Assembly: GCA_029557215.1 (NCBI GenBank)
Contig: JAKPQQ010000309.1
Location: forward strand, 55,927-119,926
Direction: 5' to 3'
Origin: Fibrobacterota bacterium
GTDB taxonomy: Bacteria; Fibrobacterota; Fibrobacteria; UBA5070
DNA: 64,000 nt
The stretch's first letter is position 1. Every line of letters starts with the position of its first letter. Both the position numbers and the translations under genes were made by a program. Positions 1-7,595 of this stretch are shown piece by piece. The notes beneath the pieces were generated by a model, which worked only from the letters and a program-made list of their open reading frames with translations, ran no database searches and was not told where the DNA came from.

Positions 1-107
1 CGGGAGGGAACCTGACCCAGGCCGCGGCCATCCTCGGGATCGACCGCAAGGTCCTGCGCGACCTGCTCAAGAGGCTGGGGATGTACGAGGATGCGGATCC
101 CGAATAG
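1..107 (+). CDS. 3' end of a gene truncated by the window edge: Fis-type HTH tail of a sigma-54-dependent (NtrC-family) transcriptional activator
   Basis: Frame 3 (from nt 3) reads GGNLTQAAAILGIDRKVLRDLLKRLGMYEDADPE-stop. The N-x-TQAA-x-LGI-x-R-x-L-x-x-KL pattern is the classic C-terminal Fis/HTH_8 helix-turn-helix of enhancer-binding proteins. Only 34 codons are visible. Confidence 0.6.
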   Translation, partial: GGNLTQAAAILGIDRKVLRDLLKRLGMYEDADPE

Positions 108-299
108 CGCGGCGAGGGAGATCGACTCCAGTCTGAGACTCGATCTCGACACAAGATCCTGCGCTAGCACAAAAACCGTCGAAAACGACGGATTCCGGTG
201 AATTTCCTGCAAAATGAAAAGTGGAGCCGAACTTCGGCTGTTATTATTCGGTCCAACTCCTGTCACAGGGACGTTTCAAAAATCACTCGGAGAAGCAAC

Positions 300-530
300 A
301 TGAGCAAGATCACCGTCGTCGCCCTCGCCACCCTCGCAGCCATCGCCTTCGCCGCCAAGCCGGCCAAGAAGGACGCCAAGACCGAAGCCAAGGTCGACAC
401 CGCCAAGGTCGTCGCCGTCGACACCGCCAAGAAGGCCGACACCGCCAAGGTCGTCGCCGTCGACACCGCCAAGAAGGTCGAAGCCGTCAAGGTCGACACC
501 GCCAAGAAGGCCGACGCCAAGAAGAAGTAA
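300..530 (+). CDS. small secreted Lys/Ala/Asp-rich tandem-repeat protein (76 aa), function unknown
   Basis: ATG at 300 is preceded by GGAG. Signal peptide MSKITVVALATLAAIAFA, then repeats of VDTAKK(A/V). G/C third-position bias is in frame, and a strong intrinsic terminator follows. The upstream part of the 198..530 ORF looks non-coding. Confidence 0.6.
   Translation: MSKITVVALATLAAIAFAAKPAKKDAKTEAKVDTAKVVAVDTAKKADTAKVVAVDTAKKVEAVKVDTAKKADAKKK
393..506 (+). repeat. in-frame coding microrepeat: four copies of the 15-mer GTCGACACCGCCAAG (VDTAK)
   Basis: Copies start at 393, 417, 459 and 492. Nucleotides 417-458 form a 42-nt unit (VDTAKKADTAKVVA) that restarts at 459. Confidence 0.8.
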
Positions 531-564
531 GAACCTTTCGCGTTCTTCGGATCGCGAGGCTCGA

Positions 565-590
565 AGCGGAACCGACGGTTCCGCTTTTTC
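565..590 (+). terminator. rho-independent terminator
   Basis: GCGGAACC (566-573), loop GAC, GGTTCCGC (577-584), then TTTTT. It lies 35 nt after the stop of the small repeat gene. Confidence 0.7.
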
Positions 591-729
591 GTTTCCGGCA
601 AGTTCGGATTCCCGGTTGCTTCCGCCAATCGAGCGTGCGACTCTAGATGGCACGGCGATTGTTTTCGATTTTGGATCGCAGCGAACGGGACATGGGAGTC
701 CATCGACACCTTCAATGGGGGAGCACGGG

Positions 730-1173
730 ATGCGCAGGCCAACGGCGCGGCACGGGACAAGGGCGATCTGGATGCTTCTCTGGGCATCGCTTCTCCTGTG
801 CGCGGGCGTCGCCGGGGCCGTCGACGACGTTCCCGACGTCGACCCCGCCGGGATCTCCGACCCCGTCGAGCGGAAGTTCTACCAGGAACTCCGCGAACTG
901 CGGCACAAGCAGAAGCTGCAAAGACAGGAATTGGCAAGCCGGGAGATGGATCCCGAGGCCAGGCTGGAGCGTCGCCGCGAGCTGCTCGTGCAGGAGCACA
1001 AGCAGCTCCAGGAACTGGAGGTCGCCTACCAGGCCAAGCTTTCGCCGGAAGCCCGCACCCGCTGGATGGAACGCAAGGCCAACCGCGAAAAGCGCTTCGA
1101 GAAGCTCCAGCAGGGTGAACCGCCGCCTCGCAAGCGCGGCAAGGGCAAGTCCACCCCCAAGAGCGCGCCTTGA
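730..1173 (+). CDS. secreted coiled-coil protein, function unknown
   Basis: ATG at 730 is preceded by GGGGGAG. Signal peptide MRRPTARHGTRAIWMLLWASLLLCAGVAGA, followed by a charged helical region (RELRHKQKLQRQELASREMDPEARLERRRELLVQEHKQLQELE) and a basic tail. An alternative ATG lies at 715. Confidence 0.55.
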   Translation: MRRPTARHGTRAIWMLLWASLLLCAGVAGAVDDVPDVDPAGISDPVERKFYQELRELRHKQKLQRQELASREMDPEARLERRRELLVQEHKQLQELEVAYQAKLSPEARTRWMERKANREKRFEKLQQGEPPPRKRGKGKSTPKSAP

Positions 1174-2261
1174 TCCTCTTCGCCCTTTGCGCCGCGATCT
1201 CCGGAGCCGACGCCGACAGCCTCCCCCTGGCCCAGGCGAACCTGCTGCTCGCCGAAGGCGACACGATCGCGGCCATGGACGTGCTCCACGCCTGGACCGC
1301 CGACCACGAACCGGGACGGGAATTGTCGGATCTGCTCGGGGTGTTGCACATGCCGGACGAACCCGTCGAATCGGGATCCGACACGGTGGGAGTCACCGGT
1401 CCCGACACCGCCGTGGACGCCAAGTCCGGCGCCGTTCGGCGCTGGAGGCTGCGTCTGGACGGCGGGGCGCTCTCGGCCGGCGATTTCCTGTGGGAGTCGG
1501 GCGCGATGCTTTCCACCAGGCTCGGGGAGCTGCGGGTCCTGGGATCGCCATCGGTCGTCGACGGCGGCGTGGCCGCGATGTTCTGGGGTGTTTCCGGATC
1601 GGACCCCGATTGGGGGCTGGACCCCGTCGTCGGTTGGTCGGTGTTCGCGGGGGCGTGGGATGTTCGATTGGACGGCTGGACCGGATACCTTGGCGGCGAT
1701 TGGGACGCGGGCCTTGCGGCGACGGCCTCGCGCCTGAAGATCGATTCGCTCGGGCGGCGGCGCAGAGCCGGCCTGGTGGCCCGCCATTCCCTGTTGGCCA
1801 CGAGCTTCATCGGCGGGTTCTACCAATGGGAGATCGGCCGTGGCCCCTGGTCGCTGGATGCGCGGGGCGATCTGCGCCTGCGGCAGGATCCCGTCCAGGA
1901 AGGCGTTGACCTTCCCGAATCCATGCGAGCGGACATCCAGGGAACGCGGCTCCAGATCCTGACCCGCTCCACGTTCCTGCGTTCCTGGCGCCGTGTCGCC
2001 ATCGGACCCGCTCTGGAAATCGACTTGAGAACCTCGCTGGCCTCCGACGAATGGAACGATGGCGCCTCCAGGCGCAGCGGCGTGCGCAAGGATGGGACGA
2101 TCAGCGCGGGGTTCGTGGGGCGTCTGGCCACTCCCGGCGGCCACTGGGGCGAAGCCCGGGTGGGCTGGACTTCCGCGGTTCTCGATTCGGACATGGACCC
2201 GGGATATTCCGACCGCAACACCGGTCTGGCCACATCTTTGTCGCTGGCTTCCAGCTTCTGA
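1170..2261 (+). CDS. hypothetical envelope protein, probable outer-membrane beta-barrel
   Basis: TTG start overlaps the upstream stop (TTGA at 1170-1173). In-frame G/C third-position bias runs throughout. The C-terminus ...TSLSLASSF ends in Phe, like an OMP beta-signal. I recognise no family. Confidence 0.5.
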   Translation: MILFALCAAISGADADSLPLAQANLLLAEGDTIAAMDVLHAWTADHEPGRELSDLLGVLHMPDEPVESGSDTVGVTGPDTAVDAKSGAVRRWRLRLDGGALSAGDFLWESGAMLSTRLGELRVLGSPSVVDGGVAAMFWGVSGSDPDWGLDPVVGWSVFAGAWDVRLDGWTGYLGGDWDAGLAATASRLKIDSLGRRRRAGLVARHSLLATSFIGGFYQWEIGRGPWSLDARGDLRLRQDPVQEGVDLPESMRADIQGTRLQILTRSTFLRSWRRVAIGPALEIDLRTSLASDEWNDGASRRSGVRKDGTISAGFVGRLATPGGHWGEARVGWTSAVLDSDMDPGYSDRNTGLATSLSLASSF

Positions 2262-2291
2262 CTTGCCGCGGCCGCGATCAGCGGCCAGTTT

Positions 2292-3032
2292 ATGGGAATG
2301 CCCGAAATTCCGTCCAATCTGCAGGAAAGGCTTCGCGCGGCGAAATCCGTCGCGGTGCTTTCCGGTTCCGGGATCTCGGCCGAATCGGGAGTGCCCACCT
2401 TCCGCGACGCCCAGACGGGGATGTGGGCCCGCTATTCGCCCGAGGACCTCGCGACCCCGCAGGCCTTCCAGCGCAATCCCCGGATGGTCTGGGAATGGTA
2501 CCAGTGGCGCCGCCAGCTGGTCCTGGAGGCGCAGCCGAACTCGGGGCACCTGGCCATCGCCGCGATGGAGGGACGCTTTGCCGGATTCCGTCTGGTCACC
2601 CAGAACGTCGACGGCCTGCACCAGAGGGCGGGATCGTCGCGCGTCCTGGAGCTGCACGGGAACATCTTCCGCAACCTCTGCTTCCGGGAAGGGATCGAGC
2701 TCGACGAACTGGTGGAATCCATCGAGCCCCCTCCTCGTTGCCCGCATTGCGGCGGTCCCGTCAGGCCGGGCGTCGTCTGGTTCGGCGAATCGCTGTCGGG
2801 CAAGGTCTTCGAAGAATCGCTGCGCGCCTGCACCGACGCCGACGTGCTCCTGGTGGTCGGCACGTCCGGACTGGTCCATCCGGCCGCGGGGCTGCCCGCC
2901 CACGCGAAGGCCTCGGGGACGTTCGTCGTCGAGGTGAATCCCGAGTCGACTCCGATCTCCGGGCTCGCCGACGTCGTGCTGCGCGACAAGGCGGGGCCGG
3001 CGTTGACCTCCCTGCTGGAGGCGCTCCCGTGA
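2292..3032 (+). CDS. cobB: NAD-dependent protein deacylase, Sir2 family
   Basis: [28 protein letters not shown], and zinc ribbon C-x-x-C (CPHCGG) followed by RPGVVWFGE are all sirtuin signatures. Confidence 0.9.
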   Translation: MGMPEIPSNLQERLRAAKSVAVLSGSGISAESGVPTFRDAQTGMWARYSPEDLATPQAFQRNPRMVWEWYQWRRQLVLEAQPNSGHLAIAAMEGRFAGFRLVTQNVDGLHQRAGSSRVLELHGNIFRNLCFREGIELDELVESIEPPPRCPHCGGPVRPGVVWFGESLSGKVFEESLRACTDADVLLVVGTSGLVHPAAGLPAHAKASGTFVVEVNPESTPISGLADVVLRDKAGPALTSLLEALP

Positions 3033-3400
3033 GCGACGAGGCGCGACCCAGGATCGAGCTTCCGGAATCCGACGAAGACCTCCTGGAAGAATGCGAAGCC
3101 CAGACCTACCGGTCTTCGGGGCCGGGCGGGCAGAACGTGAACAAGACGGAATCCGCCGTGAGGTTGCGCCACGAACCCACGGGGATCGTGGTCCAGTGCC
3201 AGGAAGAACGATCGCAGCACCTGAACAAGCTCAAGGCGCTCGCCAAACTGCGCGAGAAGGTGGAGCAGCTCAACCATCGGGATCCCACGCGGATCCCCAC
3301 CAAGCCCACCGGGGGATCCAAGCGCCGCGGAAGGATCGCCAAACGCAGGCATTCCCAGCGCAAACGGCAACGGGGCGATCGGAGCTGGCTCGAGGATTGA
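3029..3400 (+). CDS. arfB: alternative ribosome-rescue factor ArfB (peptidyl-tRNA hydrolase, RF-1 domain)
   Basis: GTG start overlaps the cobB stop (GTGA). The GGQ motif sits in [20 protein letters not shown], followed by a basic C-terminal tail ([18 protein letters not shown]) typical of ArfB/YaeJ. Confidence 0.85.
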   Translation: MSDEARPRIELPESDEDLLEECEAQTYRSSGPGGQNVNKTESAVRLRHEPTGIVVQCQEERSQHLNKLKALAKLREKVEQLNHRDPTRIPTKPTGGSKRRGRIAKRRHSQRKRQRGDRSWLED

Positions 3401-3548
3401 CCGCTTCGCGCCGGGATTCCCGCGGCATGCGGCAGGAGAGGGACGGATGGGCGATCGCCTTGAAAACAACCACTCGGATAAAGGAGCGGTCAGACTACAT
3501 TTTTCGACTTCCCAAAAGGGCATACACCGGCACAATCCGGAGCGCAAA

Positions 3549-3980
3549 ATGGGCCTCACGAAAAAAGATCTGAAGTTCTTCGAGGATCTTCTCAACGAGA
3601 AGAAGGAAAAGCTCCTGCAGGAGCTTGGCAACCTCGAATCTTCCACGGTGGGCAAGAACCCTCTGGAACAGTCGGGCGACCTATCCGGTTACGCCTACCA
3701 CCTGGCCGACCAGGCCGCCGACGCCATGGATCGCGAGCACGCGTTCGCCATGGCTTCGCGCGAGTCGCGCTATCTGCTCTACTTGAACGAGGCCCTCGAT
3801 CGCATCAAGGAAGGCACCTTCGGCATCTGCAAGAAGTGCAAGAAGGCCCCGCACCCCAAGAATCCCGACCAGCCCTGGATCACGCGCCAGCGCCTGGAAG
3901 CCGTGCCCACCGCCACCTTGTGCATCTGGCACAAGGCCGAGGCCGACGCCTCCAAGTCGCAGGCCAAGGACAAGGACTGA
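3549..3980 (+). CDS. DksA/TraR-family zinc-finger protein (atypical finger)
   Basis: ATG at 3549 with GGAG 8 nt upstream. Coiled-coil N-terminal part, acidic tip (DLSGYAYHLADQAADAMD), and finger C-K-K-C ... L-C-I-W-H aligned to E. coli DksA C-E-S-C ... L-C-I-D-C. Confidence 0.8.
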   Translation: MGLTKKDLKFFEDLLNEKKEKLLQELGNLESSTVGKNPLEQSGDLSGYAYHLADQAADAMDREHAFAMASRESRYLLYLNEALDRIKEGTFGICKKCKKAPHPKNPDQPWITRQRLEAVPTATLCIWHKAEADASKSQAKDKD

Positions 3981-4044
3981 CCCCGATTTCGTCCGGGTGC
4001 GGCTCCGCCGACCCGACGAAAATCGACGCATCGGACAGAAATCG

Positions 4045-4076
4045 AAAAGGCATCCCCACCGGGATGCCTTTTGTCG
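4045..4076. terminator. bidirectional rho-independent terminator between convergent genes
   Basis: GGCATCCC (4049-4056), loop CACC, GGGATGCC (4061-4068), flanked by AAAA on the left and TTTTG on the right. Confidence 0.6.
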
Positions 4077-4233
4077 TTGGTGACAGGAGTTGTTCGCGCC
4101 AGGGACCGTCACCCGCCATGGGCGCAGACCCCGCACGTAGGGGCGATTCACGAATCGCCCTGGTCGGATGTCCATGTGTTCGCGGTGCGGGGGCCTGCGG
4201 GCCGCAGGCCTAGGGCCCGTCCGGCGCCCAACC

Positions 4234-5286
4234 CTATTTGGGCTCCATCCCGGCGGGCCAGCTGATGGTCAGGCGGTAACCGGTGGGTAGCAGGGCCAGG
4301 TCCCAGGCTTCGCCGCCGTTGTCCTTCCAGGCCAGCAGGGCGAATTCCGAAGGCATCCGCTTCATGGCGATCAAGTCCTGCAGGATGTCGTCTTCGAAGA
4401 TGCCGTCGGTCCGTTCCGGATCCCATTCCGAGCCGCCGATCAGGTTCGGGACGGCCTGGTTGGCGATCGCGTAGAACTTCCGGAAGGTTTCGCGAAGCGC
4501 GTCCTTCAGATCCGCGCTGGAAGGATCGGATGAATTCAGGATGCGGTTGACCTCGACGGAGGCCTGGGCGTCGCCGATGGTCAATTCCAGGCGGGTGTTC
4601 TTCTTGGTGGCGATCGTGAGCGTTCCGCGCGTGTTGCGGGTGGCCCAGGTCCGGACATTGGCCTTGGGGGCCTGCTCCCTGAGGTTCGCCGTCAGGCCTG
4701 AAAGCGACTTGCCGCCCCAGGCGGGACGGATCTTGTTGACCGCGGCGCTGCTCATCAACCGGCCGGTTCCTTGCTGTCCGGTCAGTCCCATGTCCTGCTT
4801 GGCCTGGGCCCATTCCCGCGAGGTGATCCGCAGCTGCGGCCCCTGGAGGGTGTTCTGCAGCTGCGCGGCCATCTCGCCTTTCTGCGGCGCGAAATTGATC
4901 AGGGTGTTGGGGGCCTGCAGCACCTGGTAGGGCGACACGAGCGGCGTCCCCTGGCGCAGCAGCTCGAATCGGGGGCCTTTGCCGTCCAGGACCGCCCAAA
5001 GTTCTTCCTTCTCCCAGTTCTTGTCGCCGGGGCGCACCCAGCGTTCTTCCACCGACTTGTCGTCGCGGAACAGGACGTGGACCTTGAAGTCCTGCCCGCC
5101 CAGGCCGGATTTGCGCGTCACGGTCCAGACCTGCTCCTTGGTTTCGAACGGGCCGTCGCCGGTGTGCGACGAACGTCCCCATTTGGCCACGTACTCGGCG
5201 GGCGACTTGCCCATCCCCTGCACGACAGGCTGGGCCAGGAGCGGTAGCGCCGCCAACGCAAGCAGGGCGGTGGATCGTTTCAGCAT
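4234..5286 (-). CDS. secreted hypothetical protein
   Basis: ATG at 5286 gives signal peptide MLKRSTALLALAALPLLAQP. In-frame GC3 bias is good. It overlaps the stop of the upstream aspartoacylase-family gene by 7 nt. No recognisable domain. Confidence 0.6.
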   Translation of the reverse strand: MLKRSTALLALAALPLLAQPVVQGMGKSPAEYVAKWGRSSHTGDGPFETKEQVWTVTRKSGLGGQDFKVHVLFRDDKSVEERWVRPGDKNWEKEELWAVLDGKGPRFELLRQGTPLVSPYQVLQAPNTLINFAPQKGEMAAQLQNTLQGPQLRITSREWAQAKQDMGLTGQQGTGRLMSSAAVNKIRPAWGGKSLSGLTANLREQAPKANVRTWATRNTRGTLTIATKKNTRLELTIGDAQASVEVNRILNSSDPSSADLKDALRETFRKFYAIANQAVPNLIGGSEWDPERTDGIFEDDILQDLIAMKRMPSEFALLAWKDNGGEAWDLALLPTGYRLTISWPAGMEPK

Positions 5287-6221
5287 GGTTCTCCTCTCGA
5301 GCCGGTCCAACGGAGGCGGCGCGTGGCGTGGTAGGCGATTCCCGATTCCACGTAGGCGGCTTCGCCCAGGAACACGGGGTGCATCGTGGCGCCCTTGTGG
5401 GGGATGGTCGATCCGTCGATCGGATCGACGAACAGGGGGGCGCCGTCCTCGAAGGGTTGGTAATCGCGGCCGATGGCGTCCATGTGGACCATCGCGCGCG
5501 GCGTCCCGGTGGCGTCGGCCGGGTAGCGTTCGACGGAAATCGTCTGGAAGTACTCGAACCGTTCTTCACGGAGGGCGGCGGCGGGATCGAATCCGTCCGG
5601 ACACGAAGCGAGCCGTTCGAGGATTCCCCGCACCTGCTGCCGGGCCGCGAGCCAGGCCCAGTGGCTGTGGGTCCCGTGGGGAACCGCGCCGATCTCGAGC
5701 GTGACCTCGTGCGCGCCCAGCGAGGGCAGGAAGATGTTGGATTCCGGCGATTCGGGCGCGTGCAGGATCTTCACGCGATCGTCGGCCTTGCGGGCCTGCG
5801 AGGCCAGGTACAGGGGCCAGGGGTCCAGGGAGGGCAGGATCCAGGTGATCCCCATGGCGGCGGTGGTGTTGTGGAGATCCACGACAAGATCCGGCCGGAG
5901 TCCTCCAGGACAGATCTCGTCGCGGATCTCCAGGGCGCGGCGGCGTTCGCGCTGCTCGTGGGTGGCGCTGGCGAAGCGCAGCTCGGGGCCGAAGCAGCGG
6001 TTCAGGTCCCGGTCCAGGTAGCGCAGGTTCCGCTCCGCGGCGTCCGGGTTGGCCAGCACCGCCGACACGTCCAGGTTCGCGTAGCGCCAGGAATCGGGCG
6101 AGCGGAGCATCTCCCGCACCACCCAGATACCGCCCTTTTCGTTGCCGTGGGTGCCACCGACGACGACGACCTTCCGAGGTCGCGGGTGCTTGGAACCTTC
6201 GATGGGATTTCCGGCGGACAT
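5280..6221 (-). CDS. aspartoacylase / succinylglutamate desuccinylase (AstE-AspA) family zinc hydrolase
   Basis: Start MSAGNPIEG is preceded by GGAAGG. The motif VVVVGGTHGNEKGG, DRDLNRCF and DLHNTTAAMG match the AstE/AspA family. Confidence 0.8.
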   Translation of the reverse strand: MSAGNPIEGSKHPRPRKVVVVGGTHGNEKGGIWVVREMLRSPDSWRYANLDVSAVLANPDAAERNLRYLDRDLNRCFGPELRFASATHEQRERRRALEIRDEICPGGLRPDLVVDLHNTTAAMGITWILPSLDPWPLYLASQARKADDRVKILHAPESPESNIFLPSLGAHEVTLEIGAVPHGTHSHWAWLAARQQVRGILERLASCPDGFDPAAALREERFEYFQTISVERYPADATGTPRAMVHMDAIGRDYQPFEDGAPLFVDPIDGSTIPHKGATMHPVFLGEAAYVESGIAYHATRRLRWTGSRGEPC

Positions 6222-6300
6222 CTGGCCTTCCAAGATAGACTGAACGAAGCCGAGCTTCGGGCGGAAATCGGCGATCTCCGCCACCGCCGGAAAACGGACT

Positions 6301-6340
6301 CCCAAGAAACGGAAAGGGCCGCTCCGGCGAGCGGCCCTTC
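6301..6340 (-). terminator. rho-independent terminator of the 6366-7328 gene
   Basis: On the minus strand the stem is AGGGCCGCTC / GAGCGGCCCT with loop GCCG, followed by TTTCCGTTTCTT. Confidence 0.55.
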
Positions 6341-6365
6341 GAATTTCGTCGCCCCGATCAGAAGA

Positions 6366-7328
6366 TCAGTAGCGGAACCAGAAGTACTTGAGATCGGCCT
6401 TGATCTTCCAGCCGTTGTTGGTGGCCACCGAAGCGTTGCCGCTGCCCATCACGGTGTAGTCGAAGGCGAGTTCGGCGCTGAAGTCGCCGGCCAGGGTCAG
6501 GTCGATGCCGGGGCTCACGACCAGCTGCATGCCGCCCGAGGCTTCCTTGTTGTCGTCGATCTTGTAGTCGCCGTAGCCCTTGTAGGTCACGGCGAGGTAC
6601 GGACGATACTGGGCATCGGCCAACAGGTAGCCCATGCGCAGGTAGCCGCTCCAGGAATCCTGCTTGTCGAGCTGGCGGTTGGTGGCGGGCAGGTCGAACC
6701 CGTACACGAAGTTGGTCAGGACCTGGTACTGCTTCATGGCCGTGAGGTTGAAGAACAGGCCCATGTCGATCTGGCCGTCGCCGTTGCAGTAGGCGCCCGA
6801 TCCCAGAGCTTCGCCGACCGGCAACACCAGCGCGAAGTAACCGCCCACGCCGCCTTCGGCCGAACCCATGTTCAGCTCGTAGGCGCTCTTGACGGCCATG
6901 GTCCAGTCGCCGAACCCGGCGGCCGAAGTGTCGCCCGATCCACGCTGGCTGAGAGCCTTCTTGGTATCGGTCTCGTTGGCCGTGGGCTCCATGCGACGCA
7001 CGTCGCCCGAAGCGAGCACGTACGGAATGTCCAGGATGGCTTCCGTGTTGGCCACGAACCCGTGCCGGATCCGGAGGTTCAACTGCGTGAGCGATCCGGC
7101 GTTGGGGAGGTCGATGACCTTGGAGCCGGACGTGGCCGTGACCGTGTCGCTTTTCGCGTAGTAGCCAGGCAGGCTGGCGTAGCTGGCGCCCAACTGGAAC
7201 TGCAACGCCGAATTGCGGATCGGCAGATACGGATCCATGGTGGCGGCATCGGTGCGGCCGACAGGGCCAGCCGACCACGCGGATGCGGCCAAGGAGAGAC
7301 ACAGCGAGGCAAAGCGGAAACCCCTCAT
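6366..7328 (-). CDS. outer-membrane beta-barrel protein, family unknown
   Basis: ATG at 7328 is preceded by AGGAGAA. Signal peptide MRGFRFASLCLSLAASAWSA. Amphipathic strand patterns alternate, and the aromatic C-terminus is ...KADLKYFWFRY. Confidence 0.65.
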   Translation of the reverse strand: MRGFRFASLCLSLAASAWSAGPVGRTDAATMDPYLPIRNSALQFQLGASYASLPGYYAKSDTVTATSGSKVIDLPNAGSLTQLNLRIRHGFVANTEAILDIPYVLASGDVRRMEPTANETDTKKALSQRGSGDTSAAGFGDWTMAVKSAYELNMGSAEGGVGGYFALVLPVGEALGSGAYCNGDGQIDMGLFFNLTAMKQYQVLTNFVYGFDLPATNRQLDKQDSWSGYLRMGYLLADAQYRPYLAVTYKGYGDYKIDDNKEASGGMQLVVSPGIDLTLAGDFSAELAFDYTVMGSGNASVATNNGWKIKADLKYFWFRY

Positions 7329-7595
7329 CGAAAATTCTCCTGAAGGTCGAACAATGCTAAAACTCGGTTTCCAGGAACGGAAAAGAACTGTTCCTAGGTG
7401 GATGCCAGGAAGAAGTAACAAGTTACCTCCATCTCCCCTGGCTTTGCTCTACGTTTTTTTGCGACATCCACCCATTGTCAACGATCGAATGGGCGACTTT
7501 TTACAAAAGGCAGAGGTCGAGGCAGGACTTCCGCTCGTCCTCGGATGCGCCGTCCTTGCGGCGGCCCGTCCGGGACGAACGGAGCGTCGCGATCC

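Noticed and set aside
263-1810. 515-aa minus-strand ORF and several overlapping plus-strand ORFs (221-646, 647-1909, 798-1118)
   Set aside because: They are shadow or alternative frames over the small repeat gene, the coiled-coil gene and the 1170 gene. The translations are Arg/Pro/Ser-rich, and there are no RBS-supported starts.
7476-7481. Perfect -35 hexamer TTGACA (minus strand) upstream of the 6366-7328 barrel gene; another TTGACA at about 40747 upstream of the DGC gene
   Set aside because: No acceptable -10 hexamer lies at 16-18 nt spacing in either case, and the promoter consensus of this lineage is unknown.
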